Shown here piece after piece: positions 1 through 10,798 of a stretch of 64,000 nt of DNA. Position 1 is the stretch's first letter; every line of letters starts with the position of its first letter. The notes beneath the pieces were generated by a model that searched no databases, was not told the origin of the DNA, and saw only the letters and a list, made by a program, of their open reading frames with translations. The position numbers and the translations under genes are program-made. The stretch is from Clostridia bacterium (lineage in GTDB: Bacteria > Bacillota > Clostridia > TANB77 > CAG-508), in NCBI GenBank assembly GCA_017410505.1, contig JAFQQR010000027.1, forward strand, positions 31,461-95,460. The letters run 5' to 3'.

Positions 1-392
1 TTTCTTTCAACTTTTGAGCTGCTTTATTTGATCTATATGACTCAAAAAATTCTAACAATGTACTTGCTGCAACTAAAATAGCTATTACTATAATATTAGC
101 ATAATTTGGTTCTGATGCTAAATAAATATCTGTATATACTAAGATAATAGAAATCCCTATCAATATACAATTAAATGGTGTAAGCAGACTTTCCAAAAAA
201 TAGTTGTACCATTTTTTAGGTTTAGCTTGTTTAATCTCATTTAATCCTAAATTACGAATGTTTTCTTCAGCCTTTTCATTTGAAAGTCCGTTTCTCACTT
301 ATTTTGTACTTTTGCAAAAATTCATTTTTTGAAATACTACTATCTTTGCCATACATTTGATATACATCAACATCTTCCTTTAAACTAGACAT
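1..392 (-). CDS. Cation-transporting P-type ATPase, N-terminal part. The gene starts at 392 and runs off the window edge. There is an apparent 1-bp frameshift near 297.
   Basis: Minus-strand translation from the ATG at 392 (RBS AGGAGA) gives MSSLKEDVDVYQMYGKDSSISKNEFLQKYKISEK, then a stop. The adjacent frame continues GLSNEKAEENIRNLGLNEIKQAKPKKWYNYFLESLLTPFNCILIGISIILVY..KAAQKLKE, which is the typical P-type ATPase N-terminal region plus TM1. Confidence 0.5.
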
Positions 393-579
393 TTTTATCG
401 TCTCCTATCTTATTTTTTATACATTATTTATATCATATAAATTAAAAAAAGAATAGCTTTTAACACTATTCTTTCAAAATAAATATTTTTTATTCTTACT
501 TTATTTTCTGGTAACTGACGAACATTAGAGAATTTTATCATATTAATTTTAACTTATTATCTGCCTTGCTTATTGTAAT

Positions 580-1053
580 TTATATTTCTAATCTCATTTT
601 CTTTTCAAATTCACTAAATCCCATTTTTTTATATAATTTAAAAGCATTTTCATTTGCTGATGTAACATTTAATTCAAATATTTTAGCTCCAATATCTTTA
701 CTCCATTTTTTACATTCATTAATTAATTTTGTAGCTATTCCCTGATTCCTATATTGAGAATCCACATATAAACCATCTAACAATGCTATATGAAATATAG
801 TTGGTCCATTATCATCAGTTATGATTTTACAATATGCATAACCTATAATTTCTTTTTTATTATTTTTAGCTGCAAATAAAACATTATTTTTTTCTCTATA
901 CTTATTTTCAAAATAACCATTTACAACATAATCATTTTTTAAATTTTTATCGAATTTACTTTCACTGCAAATCAATTTCGTCAATAGTTCATCACATTTA
1001 ACTGCATCTTCTATATCTTTTACAACTTCTATCTGCATCTTTAACCTCTCCAA
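580..1053 (-). CDS. GNAT family N-acetyltransferase
   Basis: 157 aa with an acetyl-CoA binding motif (RNQGIATKLINECKKW...GAKIFELNV) and the GNAT fold pattern. Confidence 0.8.
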   Translation of the reverse strand: MERLKMQIEVVKDIEDAVKCDELLTKLICSESKFDKNLKNDYVVNGYFENKYREKNNVLFAAKNNKKEIIGYAYCKIITDDNGPTIFHIALLDGLYVDSQYRNQGIATKLINECKKWSKDIGAKIFELNVTSANENAFKLYKKMGFSEFEKKMRLEI

Positions 1054-1248
1054 AAATTACTAATCGTTGTTAGCATTATATAATAAAAGACTGATAATTT
1101 CAACTAACTATCAGCCATATTTATTGCAATTTGTCGCAATACCATAAATTACTTTTTTAAATTCTATATCTTATTTTTTCCTTTTTATTACCAATTTTTC
1201 TTATCTTTTGTATGGTCTTGATTTGTTCTTCTTGATACTACAGTTTGG

Positions 1249-1425
1249 TCAAACCAAGCTACCAACTTCTTCTTCATTAAAATAACTTTGTGCTGTATCA
1301 ATTAATCTATAACCTACTTTTATTGCATTAAGTACACATTCTTCACACTCATCTTTACTAATTTGATATACTCCAAATCCTGCTTTTGGCATTTTCACAT
1401 GATTATTTAAAATTACATACTCCAT
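1249..1425 (-). pseudogene. Aldo/keto reductase N-terminal remnant of about 58 codons, truncated
   Basis: The minus-strand [61 protein letters not shown] matches the conserved AKR N-terminus (..GFG..Q...EC...V..A...GYR.IDTAQ.Y.NE..VG) but stops after 58 aa. It lies divergent to the MerR regulator. Confidence 0.5.
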
Positions 1426-1527
1426 TTTTTTTATTCCTCCTTGACCTTTTTATTATATGATGTTATTATATATGTCGATAGTAGCTATCGGTCAATAGTT
1501 TTTTTAATTTTTTTTGGAGTGATTCGT

Positions 1528-1929
1528 ATGTATTCAATGCAGGAAACTTATAAAATGGTTGGAATGAGCTATCAAACTCTAAAATTTTACTGTAATCAAG
1601 GCTTAATTCCTAATGTTAAACGAGATAAAAATAATTATAGAGTTTTTGATGATAATGATATTAAATGGATTGAAGGGTTAATTTGTCTAAAAAAATGTGG
1701 TATGAGCATAGAAGAAATGAAAGAATTTCTTAACTTATGTCTAAAAGGCGAATCCTCTATTCCTGAAAGAAAAACAATATTAGATATTAAAAAACAAAAA
1801 TTAATAGAAAATTTAAACCAAATTCAATCAAGTATAGATTATATTGATAAAAAACAAGAATTTTATGATAGTGTTCTTTCTGGAAAAACAAAATATTATA
1901 GTAATTTAATAAAAGTTGAAAATGAATAG
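1528..1929 (+). CDS. MerR family transcriptional regulator
   Basis: The N-terminal HTH MYSMQETYKMVGMSYQTLKFYCNQGLIPNVKRDKNNYRVFDDNDIKWIEGLICLKKCGMSIEEMKEF is classic MerR. The GGAG RBS lies before the ATG at 1528. The track ORF is extended upstream. Confidence 0.85.
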   Translation: MYSMQETYKMVGMSYQTLKFYCNQGLIPNVKRDKNNYRVFDDNDIKWIEGLICLKKCGMSIEEMKEFLNLCLKGESSIPERKTILDIKKQKLIENLNQIQSSIDYIDKKQEFYDSVLSGKTKYYSNLIKVENE

Positions 1930-1978
1930 TCAAAAAAAGATGAAATTTTGTATTTTCATCTTTTTTACTTAATCTATA

Positions 1979-3294
1979 TTAAATATACTCATATTTCTTC
2001 CTATTATGAATTAATAATGTACTACTTACTATAAATGACAACAGCTCTGCAACAACTATTGCAAGCCAAATTCCATTAAGTCCTAATATTGCTGGAAGAA
2101 TAAATATCATAGATGTTTCAAATACTAATGTTCTCATAAAAGATATAATTGCAGATACAGGCCCATTATTTAATGCTGTAAAGAATGATGATGCAAATAT
2201 ATTAAACCAACTAATCAAATATGAAATTGCATATAATCTTATAGCTGTAATTGTCATTTCAAATAATTCTTTATCATAGCTTACAAATATTGAAGCTAGT
2301 CCTTTTGATAAAACTTCAGCAGCTAAAGTAAGTATTAAGGCCGCTACTCCAAGTAATTTTAAACTCTTCTTAAATAAGCTCTTTAATTCATCTTTATTTT
2401 CCGCACCATAGTGATAACCTATAATTGGTGCTGAGCCTATTCCGTATCCTAAATATGTTCCAGAGAATATAAATCCTACATACATAATAATTCCATAAGC
2501 TGATACTCCATTTGCTCCTGCAAATTTCATTAATTGCATATTATATAACATATTTACCAACGAAATAGAAATGTTTGTTAGCATCTCTGATGAGCCATTA
2601 GAGCAAGCTTGTAATATTGTTTTTCCATCAAATTTTGCTTTTACTATTCTCAAAGGACTATTATTTTTACAAATAAAGTAAACAAGTGGGATAATACCAC
2701 CTACAACCTGGCTTATTCCTGTAGCAAAAGCTGCTCCAAACACTCCCATTTTAAAAACATATATAAATAAGAAATCTAAAACCATATTAGTTATACCTGC
2801 ACAAATAGATATAAGTAATCCCATTTTTGGTTTTTCTGCAACAACAAGAAAACTTTGAAAACAGTTTTGTAATAAAAATGCTATTAATGCTATTAGTAAT
2901 GTTCTTCCATATGTTACACTATAATTTAATATATCTCCTTCTGCTCCTAATAAAGTGGCAATTGGTTTAATAAAAATAAAGCCAATTATAGTTAATATTA
3001 GTCCTGCAATAATTAATAAATATATTAACATTGAAAAATATTCATTTGCTTTTTCTTTTTTTCCTTCTCCTATTGTTTTTGAAACTAATGCGCTTCCTCC
3101 AGTTCCAATCATAAAACCATAATAGCAGGCATAATTAAATTTACTGCTGCAAACGCATCACTTCCTACACAATTTGATATAAATATTCCATCTACTACTC
3201 CATAAATTGATGTAAATATCATCATAATAATTGTTGGTATTGTAAATTTTATTAATTTTTTATATGTAAAGTGTTCTGATAACTGTATTTTCAT
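1979..3294 (-). CDS. MATE family efflux transporter, interrupted by a frameshift near 3109-3112. It is either a pseudogene or a sequencing error.
   Basis: The 61-aa ORF 3109-3294 is a typical MATE N-terminus (FTIPTIIMMIFTSIYGVVDGIFISNCVGSDAFAAVNLIMP). The 377-aa ORF 1979-3112 continues the MATE TM bundle. Together they make ~438 aa, a full-length MATE. Confidence 0.7.
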
Positions 3295-3297
3295 CTC

Positions 3298-3471
3298 TTA
3301 TTTCCCTCCAAACCAATCTTTTATATATTCTTCTGAAAGACCTGTTTGCTTTGCAATTTCTGTTATAATTTCACGGTCATAATAGGCCATTCCTAATTCA
3401 TCTGCTAGCCTTTTTCCTACTTCTCTCCCTCCGCTTCCAAATTCTCTGCTGATTGTAATAATCATACTCAT
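3298..3471 (-). pseudogene. Cytidylate kinase-like (AAA) family protein, 57-codon N-terminal remnant
   Basis: The minus ORF MSMIITISREFGSGGREVGKRLADELGMAYYDREIITEIAKQTGLSEEYIKDWFGGK* matches the conserved N-terminus of cytidylate kinase-like family proteins (ISREFGSGG..ig..LA..LG..yyD.eii), which are normally ~200 aa. Confidence 0.4.
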
Positions 3472-3760
3472 AAAAATTCCTCCTCTTTTTAGGGCAAAAA
3501 AAGAGCCCCATTATTTTTATAAATAACCGAGCTCACTCGACATCTTATCGACAATATAATTACGATTATATGTCCTCCGATGATCACACTTATGATAATA
3601 TAGTACAAATTTATGTATTTGTCAACAAAATTTATATTATTATTTTTTCTTATGATAAAAATGCCAAAGGAAAGTTGTATATTGCTATCAGTGCTTTTGA
3701 ATTACCTGCTTCTTCTACTAATGCTCCATCTACATGAATACTTCCTCTACTATATTACAT

Positions 3761-4363
3761 CTAATCTTTCCATTTAAAACTATCAACAATACTTTTAGCA
3801 ACATCATCAGTTTCTTCTGACTCTCCAAAAACAGTTTCATGAATCAAAATATATTTGTAATCTCCTACAATATAATATTGCGTCGTTGTAATATTATCAG
3901 TTGTTTCTTTAATAATAAAAGTGTAAACAATATATCCATTATTTGTGTCTGAACCATTTGCTTTTATTTCTATATCTTCTTTTCCTGCTATCTGCATTGA
4001 AAGTTGATTAAGTATTGCTGTTTTAAATTTTTCATGTTCTGTCTCAGCATATTTATTAGTGCCAGAATTTATAGAAATATTATTGGGTTGTGCTTCTTGT
4101 TCTTGTCCTTCTAATACATAAAAGAATTTACTATTTGTAGAATGTTCCTTACTTTCTACCCAATTTTCTGGAACTTCATAGCTTCCAAAACTTTTATTAA
4201 CAGTATTGTTATTATTATTTTCAACATTTACAATATTGCTTGTTTCTTCTAATTCGTTCTTTAACTTTTCTTCTTGTTTAAAGTCTTGAACTATGAAATA
4301 TCCTATACCAATTATTATAATTGCAATGATTATTGTTATAATTATAAGAATCTTCTTTTTCAT
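3761..4363 (-). CDS. Signal-anchored extracytoplasmic protein, hypothetical
   Basis: 200 aa. The N-terminus MKKKILIIITIIIAIIIIGIGYFIV is a TM anchor followed by a polar, Asn-rich domain. It has the same N-terminal architecture as the three genes at 26607-30796. Confidence 0.55.
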   Translation of the reverse strand: MKKKILIIITIIIAIIIIGIGYFIVQDFKQEEKLKNELEETSNIVNVENNNNNTVNKSFGSYEVPENWVESKEHSTNSKFFYVLEGQEQEAQPNNISINSGTNKYAETEHEKFKTAILNQLSMQIAGKEDIEIKANGSDTNNGYIVYTFIIKETTDNITTTQYYIVGDYKYILIHETVFGESEETDDVAKSIVDSFKWKD

Positions 4364-4641
4364 ATCTATTATCCCCTTTTATTTTAATATCAACCTAACA
4401 ATCTTAACTATAGTTAGGAGTATAATCTTCTATAAAATTTTCTATATATATTCTAATTTTATGAATCTAATAATATCATAAAAACAGATAATTATCAAAT
4501 AACTACACGTGTTTTGATAGTATAATTTTTAAAAATTCATTTTATAATTTTCAATAAATGTTGTATAAAATATTTAACTTATAAATTATGAGATCAAAAA
4601 ATTATAAGATGTTTGATATGTGTTGGCTGTATATATCTTTT

Positions 4642-5169
4642 TTAGATTCCAAACATACCAGTTATAGGATCCTTAAATAAACCAATATGAGGTGGAAAAA
4701 ATGTAAAAATTAAAAAAGATAAATATAATACTAATAAAATGATAATAGGTATTACATTATTACAAGAAATATTTGATTGCATTTTTTGATATGCTACATA
4801 TTGACCTAATATTACAGCTACAAAAAAGCTACCAATATCTATAATAGCGAAGTTAGTTCCTATTATTCCAGTATATGTATAGAAAAATATTATTGTAAAA
4901 GAAATTGCTAAAATAATTCCTAGAACTTTTGCACATAAATAATTAGAAATAGTTTTCCTTGCATAAAAATATAATATAATTGTGCTTATCAACATAGGAA
5001 AAAATAATAATTTTAAATGTTCCCATACACTTTCATTTACTGGGCTAAAAGTACCTACTAATACATTATTATTTGACCACTCGAATGTGAAATGTAAAAG
5101 TATTCCTAATATTATTATGAAAATAGTACTTATTATTTCAAACTTCAAAATAGGATTTTTTTTAAGCAT
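4642..5169 (-). CDS. Polytopic integral membrane protein, hypothetical
   Basis: 175 aa with 5-6 hydrophobic segments. No motif I can assign confidently. Confidence 0.55.
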   Translation of the reverse strand: MLKKNPILKFEIISTIFIIILGILLHFTFEWSNNNVLVGTFSPVNESVWEHLKLLFFPMLISTIILYFYARKTISNYLCAKVLGIILAISFTIIFFYTYTGIIGTNFAIIDIGSFFVAVILGQYVAYQKMQSNISCNNVIPIIILLVLYLSFLIFTFFPPHIGLFKDPITGMFGI

Positions 5170-5253
5170 ATATATATCCTCCTCATGGATATATATATGC
5201 TTAAATGTTACATTATATTTACATTTTTATTAGCAATTTATATTTTTTAATAC

Positions 5254-7122
5254 TTATTCTTCAACTTCTTCAAATTGAGAATTATACAACTTAGCATAAA
5301 ATCCTTCTTTAGCTAACAATTCATCATGAGTACCTTGTTCAACAATATCACCATGATCCATAACTAAAATCAAATCCGCATTTTTAATAGTAGACAATCT
5401 ATGTGCAATAATAAAGCTTGTTCTGCCTTTCATTAAGTTATCCATAGCAGCTTGAATTTGTTGTTCTGTTCTAGTATCTATCGAACTTGTTGCTTCATCT
5501 AAAATTAGTATTTTAGGATCTGCTAAAATAACTCTTGCTATTGTAAGTAATTGTTTTTGTCCTGCTGAGATATTGCTTGATTCTTCATTTATCATAGCAT
5601 CATATCCCTTAGACAATGTTTTTATATAATGATGAACATGTGCTGCTTTTGCGGCCTCAATTACTTCTGAATCTGTAGCTTCTGGTCTACTATATTTTAT
5701 ATTATCTTTTATAGTTCCTCCATATAGCCATGTATCTTGAAGTACCATACCAAACATTTTTCTAAGTTCTCCACGTCTAAAGTCTTTTATATTATGTCCA
5801 TCTATTAAAATTGCACCACTATTTACATCATAAAATCTCATTAATAGTTTTACCATTGTTGTTTTACCAGCACCTGTTGGTCCAACTATAGCTATTTTTT
5901 GACCATCTTTTACTTCACAATTAAAGTCATTTATTATTGTTTTTTCTGGGTTATATCCAAAATGAACATGGTCAAATTTGATATTTCCATTTATTTTCTC
6001 TGTCGATACAGGATTTTTAATATCTTCTACTTCTTCTTTTTCCTCTAAAAATTCAAATATTCTCTCTGCTGCTGCTATCATTGATTGTATTGTACTAGAT
6101 ATTTGTGCAACTTGCCCTATTGGTTGTGTGAATTGTTTGTTATATTGTATAAAACTTTGAATATTACCAACTGTAATTCTTCCTTTTACTGCAAAATATC
6201 CACCAAGTATTGCTACTAGCACATATCCTATATTTCCAACAAAATTCATTAATGGATGCATTAAACCTGATAAAAATTGAGAACGCCATCCTGATCTATA
6301 TAATTCTAAATTTTCTTTTTCAAATGCTTTAAATGCTTCTTCTTCTCTTCCAAATACTTTTACTATATTGTGTCCACTATAAACTTCTTCTACTTGACCA
6401 TTTACATGACCTAAATATTCTTGTTGTTTTACAAAGTATTTTTGAGATTTTCCTATAACCATTTTAAGTATTACTGCTGATACAGGTAATATTAATAAAC
6501 TAGCAATAGTCATTTCCCAGCTAATTGAAAGCATCATTACAAGTATTCCTATTATTGTACATACTGATGTTATTATTTGTGTTATACTTTGGTTTAGTCC
6601 TGTGCTTAATGTATCAACATCATTTGTTATTACTGACAAAACTTCTCCATTTGTTCTTTTATCAAAATATTTCATTGGTAATTTATTTATTTTTTGTGTT
6701 AAATCATTTCTAATTTTGTATGTTACATTTTGGGCAACTCCTGCCATAATATAACTTTGTATTAAATTAAATAATGCACTTACTCCATATAGTCCTAAAG
6801 CAAATAAAATGATTTTGCCTATTTTTTCAAAGTCTATTCCACCTGTTCCATTTATTTTATTCATTAATCCTGTATAAATTTCTGTTGTAGCATTTCCTAA
6901 TATTTTAGGTCCTACTATACTAAATATTGTACTTCCTATTGCAAATATAACTACAAATATAATTGCTATTTTGTATTTTGAAAGTGTTCCTGCTAATTTT
7001 TTTGTTGTTCCTTTTATATCTTTTGCTTTTTCTGCTGGAGCATGGCCACCATGTGGTCCTCCTCCCATTGGTCCATGTCCTCTCATTTTTGGAGGTTTTT
7101 GTGTTGTTTCTTTATTACTCAT
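5254..7122 (-). CDS. ABC transporter ATP-binding protein/permease; half of a heterodimeric type I exporter
   Basis: 622 aa. A TMD is followed by Walker A GPTGAGKTT, signature LSAGQKQLLTIARV and Walker B ILILDEATS. It overlaps the upstream partner by 8 bp. Confidence 0.9.
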   Translation of the reverse strand: MSNKETTQKPPKMRGHGPMGGGPHGGHAPAEKAKDIKGTTKKLAGTLSKYKIAIIFVVIFAIGSTIFSIVGPKILGNATTEIYTGLMNKINGTGGIDFEKIGKIILFALGLYGVSALFNLIQSYIMAGVAQNVTYKIRNDLTQKINKLPMKYFDKRTNGEVLSVITNDVDTLSTGLNQSITQIITSVCTIIGILVMMLSISWEMTIASLLILPVSAVILKMVIGKSQKYFVKQQEYLGHVNGQVEEVYSGHNIVKVFGREEEAFKAFEKENLELYRSGWRSQFLSGLMHPLMNFVGNIGYVLVAILGGYFAVKGRITVGNIQSFIQYNKQFTQPIGQVAQISSTIQSMIAAAERIFEFLEEKEEVEDIKNPVSTEKINGNIKFDHVHFGYNPEKTIINDFNCEVKDGQKIAIVGPTGAGKTTMVKLLMRFYDVNSGAILIDGHNIKDFRRGELRKMFGMVLQDTWLYGGTIKDNIKYSRPEATDSEVIEAAKAAHVHHYIKTLSKGYDAMINEESSNISAGQKQLLTIARVILADPKILILDEATSSIDTRTEQQIQAAMDNLMKGRTSFIIAHRLSTIKNADLILVMDHGDIVEQGTHDELLAKEGFYAKLYNSQFEEVEE

Positions 7123-9385
7123 GTTTATTACCTCCTTCTAAATTTAATTCTTCTTCTGACAATTGTGATAATGCTATTTGTCTATATATTTCATTATTTT
7201 TTATTAATTCTTCATGTTTTCCTTTACCTACAACTTTTCCATCTTCTAATACTATAATTTGGTCTGCATTTAATATTGTATTTATTCTTTGTGCTACTAT
7301 TATCACTGTTTTATCTTTTGTTTTTTTGCTAAGTTCTTGTCTTAAAATACTATCTGTTTTAAAGTCTAATGCTGAAAAACTGTCATCAAATACGAATATT
7401 TCTGGGTCTACTGCAATTGCTCTTGCTATTGATAATCTTTGTTTTTGTCCCCCAGATACATTACTTCCACCTTGTGCTATTGGCTCTTGATATTTTAATG
7501 GTTTTGACTCTATAAATTCTTCTGCTTGTGCTATTTGTGCTGCTTCTATCATTTGCTCATCTGGCATTTCTGAATTTCCATATTTAATATTTGATTCTAT
7601 TGTTCCTGAGAATAATATACCTTTTTGTGGAACAAATCCTATTATTTTTCTTAAATCTTTACTTGCTATGTCTTTTATATCAACACCATCAATAAGCAAA
7701 TTTCCTGATGTTATATCATAAAATCTTGGTATTAAATTAACTATTGTAGATTTACCACTTCCTGTACTTCCTATAATAGCTGTTGTTTCACCTGGTTTTG
7801 CTGTAAATGTAATATCACTTAAAACTTCTTCATCACTATCTGGATATTTAAATCCTACATTTTTAAATTCTACTAATCCTTTTTTGTCAGAGTTTAATTG
7901 TTTTGGATTTTTACTTTCCTTTATGAATTCATCTGTTTCTAATACTTCATTTATACGGTTAGCAGATACTGATGCTCTTGGAAGTATTATAGATAACATT
8001 GATATAAACAAGAAACTCATTACAATTTGCATTGTATATTGTATAAATGCCATCATATTTCCAACTTGCATTGTTCCGTTATCAACACCATGTGATCCAA
8101 CCCATACAATTAATAAAGAAATACTATTCATTATAAGCATTAATAGTGGCATCATAAAGCTCATTGCTCTATTTACAAATAGATTTGTCTTTGTTAAGTC
8201 AATATTTGCAGCATCAAATCTTTTTTCTTCTCTTTTTTCTGTATTAAATGCTCTGATTACTGGTAATCCTGTTAAAATTTCTCTTGCAACTAAGTTTAGT
8301 TTATCTATAAGTTTTTGTAACTTTTTGAATTTTGGCATTGCTATAATAAATAATGTTGCTACTACAAATAATATTGCTACAATTGCTACACCTATAATCC
8401 AAGCCATTGAATTATCACTTTGTCTTAATACCCTTAAAAATCCTCCAACACCTATTATTGGTGCATATACAACTGTTCTAAATAACATTCCCATTAAACC
8501 TTGTATTTGTTGTATATCATTTGTTGAACGTGTTATTAATGATGCTGTACTGTATTCTGAAAATTCTTTATTTGAAAAACTTAGTACTTTTTTAAATACT
8601 TTTTCTCTTAAAGTTTTTCCTAGTTTCGCTCCAACTCTCGCAGATAATAACATAATTAATATTGCAGATACCATTATAATTAAAGATATTCCAAGCATTT
8701 TTAATCCAGAAATTATTATGTATTTATTTTGTAAATTGTCTGTATTTACTCCTATAGATTTATATTCTTCTTTTACTTGTTGGATTGTTGCTTGTTCTAG
8801 TATACTATCTTGCATATCATCTATTTTTTTGTTTATTTCCTCAAGCATTGTATTTAATTGTTCTTCAGGCATTTGTTTGATGATATCTATAAGTTCCATA
8901 TTTTGCATCATTGCTTTTTGTTGTTCTGGCATATTTGCTGTCATTTGCTCTTTCATTTTAGTTGTTAATTCTTCATCACTTAAATATCCTACTATCATTA
9001 ATGGTTTAGCAATAACTGCATTTAAATTATCTTTTTCATCCTTAGATAATTTGTTTATTTTATATAATGTTTCATTCTCTAATGCTGGATATTCTTCTAC
9101 TAATTTTTCATATTCTTTTTCTTCTAAACTGTCTTTTGAAATCTCTTTATATGATGATAATATTGTTTCATCATTTTCTGTAAAAATTAGCATATTATCC
9201 ATCGTACTTTTTCTAATCATTTCAGGTGATACATCTTCTATACCACCATTTTGGATACCTACATTTACTATTTTTGATGTGTAATCTGGTAATGTTAAAT
9301 CACATGCGGCTTGAACTACTAGTAATATAACTATCACAATTACTGATAACCATGATTGTTTCAAATTTTTTAGTATTTTTAACAT
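7115..9385 (-). CDS. ABC transporter ATP-binding protein/permease with a ~190-aa extracytoplasmic insertion after TM1; heterodimer partner
   Basis: 756 aa. Walker A GSTGSGKST, signature VSGGQKQRLSIARA and Walker B IFVFDDSFSALD. There is a long charged insert between the first two TM helices. Confidence 0.9.
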   Translation of the reverse strand: MLKILKNLKQSWLSVIVIVILLVVQAACDLTLPDYTSKIVNVGIQNGGIEDVSPEMIRKSTMDNMLIFTENDETILSSYKEISKDSLEEKEYEKLVEEYPALENETLYKINKLSKDEKDNLNAVIAKPLMIVGYLSDEELTTKMKEQMTANMPEQQKAMMQNMELIDIIKQMPEEQLNTMLEEINKKIDDMQDSILEQATIQQVKEEYKSIGVNTDNLQNKYIIISGLKMLGISLIIMVSAILIMLLSARVGAKLGKTLREKVFKKVLSFSNKEFSEYSTASLITRSTNDIQQIQGLMGMLFRTVVYAPIIGVGGFLRVLRQSDNSMAWIIGVAIVAILFVVATLFIIAMPKFKKLQKLIDKLNLVAREILTGLPVIRAFNTEKREEKRFDAANIDLTKTNLFVNRAMSFMMPLLMLIMNSISLLIVWVGSHGVDNGTMQVGNMMAFIQYTMQIVMSFLFISMLSIILPRASVSANRINEVLETDEFIKESKNPKQLNSDKKGLVEFKNVGFKYPDSDEEVLSDITFTAKPGETTAIIGSTGSGKSTIVNLIPRFYDITSGNLLIDGVDIKDIASKDLRKIIGFVPQKGILFSGTIESNIKYGNSEMPDEQMIEAAQIAQAEEFIESKPLKYQEPIAQGGSNVSGGQKQRLSIARAIAVDPEIFVFDDSFSALDFKTDSILRQELSKKTKDKTVIIVAQRINTILNADQIIVLEDGKVVGKGKHEELIKNNEIYRQIALSQLSEEELNLEGGNKHE

Positions 9386-9999
9386 CTCTTTCCTCCTTTT
9401 AAAATCCCATATTTTAAAAATTCTATTTGTCTTAAATAATCTTCTCTGGCCTTTTCTTTTGATTCATATTTAAATCTCATAACTATTGCTTTATTAGTTA
9501 TTGCAAATAAAATTTTCTCAATTATTTCTAAATCGTCTTTTGTTTTTATATTCAAATTGTCTATATTGATTCTTTCTATGCAATCTTTTATTTTTATTGG
9601 TCTGTCTTTTATTATATTTTTTGAAAAAAGATAATCTTCACTTGTTTTTATATTTTCAAATATTTTTTTATAAAATTCCACATCTTTATTTTCTGAACAA
9701 TTATCTACCATAAAGTCATATATTGATATGAAAAATTTAAAAATGTCTCCGTTAGCTTTTTCTAAGTCTTCCTTTATTTTTTCATTCATTTCTTCAAAAT
9801 GTTTGCTTAAAATAAAACCTAGTAAATCTTCTTTATCTTCAAAATATTGATAAAAACTGCCTCTTGCAATTTCTGCATCTTCTACTATATTTTTTATTGA
9901 TACCTGTTCTAATGGTACTCTTGCAAATTCTTTTTTTGCTGAAAATATAATTTTTTCTTTCTTTTCTTCAGAAAGTTTTAAAAATGTTTCTTTTGGCAT
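9379..9999 (-). CDS. TetR/AcrR family transcriptional regulator
   Basis: The TetR HTH is IFSAKKEFARVPLEQVSIKNIVEDAEIARGSFYQYFEDKEDL. The true start is MPKETFLKLS with RBS GGGGATGAG. The track ORF is extended through the upstream operator. Confidence 0.85.
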   Translation of the reverse strand: MPKETFLKLSEEKKEKIIFSAKKEFARVPLEQVSIKNIVEDAEIARGSFYQYFEDKEDLLGFILSKHFEEMNEKIKEDLEKANGDIFKFFISIYDFMVDNCSENKDVEFYKKIFENIKTSEDYLFSKNIIKDRPIKIKDCIERINIDNLNIKTKDDLEIIEKILFAITNKAIVMRFKYESKEKAREDYLRQIEFLKYGILKGGKRC

Positions 10000-10065
10000 T
10001 TTCTCATCCCCTTCTAAAATAGTAATCTTATGGCCAGTAGTCAAAATTACTATTTTGCACCAAAA

Positions 10066-10102
10066 TGACACTGTGTCATATATTATATATGACACAGTGT
10101 CA
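10066..10102. promoter_or_regulatory. Perfect 18-1-18 palindrome TGACACTGTGTCATATAT-T-ATATATGACACAGTGTCA; likely TetR operator
   Basis: Read directly from the sequence. It lies ~65 bp upstream of the TetR start, leading the TetR-ABC-ABC operon. Confidence 0.55.
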
Positions 10103-10139
10103 TTTGTCAATACCTTTATTTCCTTTTCCTAAATATGTA

Positions 10140-10781
10140 TTATAAAATTTCTCTTAACTCTTCTAATTTAGAAATTGTATAATATTTCTCGTTTTTTTCT
10201 TTATTGTTAGGAGTATAATGTACTGCTTTAAGACCACAATTTAATGCGCCTTTTATATCTCTTTCTAAATTATCTCCTATCATTATGCATTCTTCTGGTT
10301 TGCTTGTTCCTATTGCTTGCATAAATGCTTCTTTAAATGGTTTCCTTTTTGTTTTTTCTGCTGAATATACATTTGTAAAATATTTTAAAATATCTAATTT
10401 TTCTAATCTCTCTTTTTGTTGGTCTGCATACCAATCAGTTAAAATTACTAATTCATATTTTGATTTTAAATATTCTAGTGTTTCTATTATTTTTGAATCC
10501 ATTTTATCTGGTACACAATTTGCCCATTTATCGGTAAGATTATATATGAACTCTTTAGGATATTGTTTTTGTGTGTATTTATTTATATATTCTAACATTA
10601 GCTTTCTATCAAAAATATAATATTCGTTTTCATATTCATCTAATGCTTCTAAGATTCTATTATAATCTTCATCTGTATATTCTATACCTAATTCTTCTAA
10701 AACATTATTTATTTTTTTATAATATTCATCTTTCCACATAACTAAAGTATTATCTATATCAAATATAACTCTTTTTATCAT
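10140..10781 (-). CDS. HAD superfamily hydrolase
   Basis: N-terminal DxDxT motif VIFDIDNTLV and a C-terminal GDN..D motif (IMIGDNLERDIKGA). Confidence 0.8.
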   Translation of the reverse strand: MIKRVIFDIDNTLVMWKDEYYKKINNVLEELGIEYTDEDYNRILEALDEYENEYYIFDRKLMLEYINKYTQKQYPKEFIYNLTDKWANCVPDKMDSKIIETLEYLKSKYELVILTDWYADQQKERLEKLDILKYFTNVYSAEKTKRKPFKEAFMQAIGTSKPEECIMIGDNLERDIKGALNCGLKAVHYTPNNKEKNEKYYTISKLEELREIL

Positions 10782-10798
10782 TATTACTCCTTACCATA

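Noticed and set aside
1054-1140. Short inverted repeats (CTGATA..TATCAG, ATTGC..GCAAT) upstream of the GNAT gene
   Set aside because: They are too short (5-6 bp) to distinguish from chance in AT-rich DNA.
7884-9284. 466-aa plus-strand ORF and several other long plus-strand ORFs (6963-7490, 42091-42639, 45134-45987, etc.)
   Set aside because: They are antisense to strongly supported ABC-transporter, uvrA and P-type ATPase genes. Their translations are low-complexity (Ser/Ile/Phe/Leu-rich), typical of antisense frames in AT-rich coding DNA.
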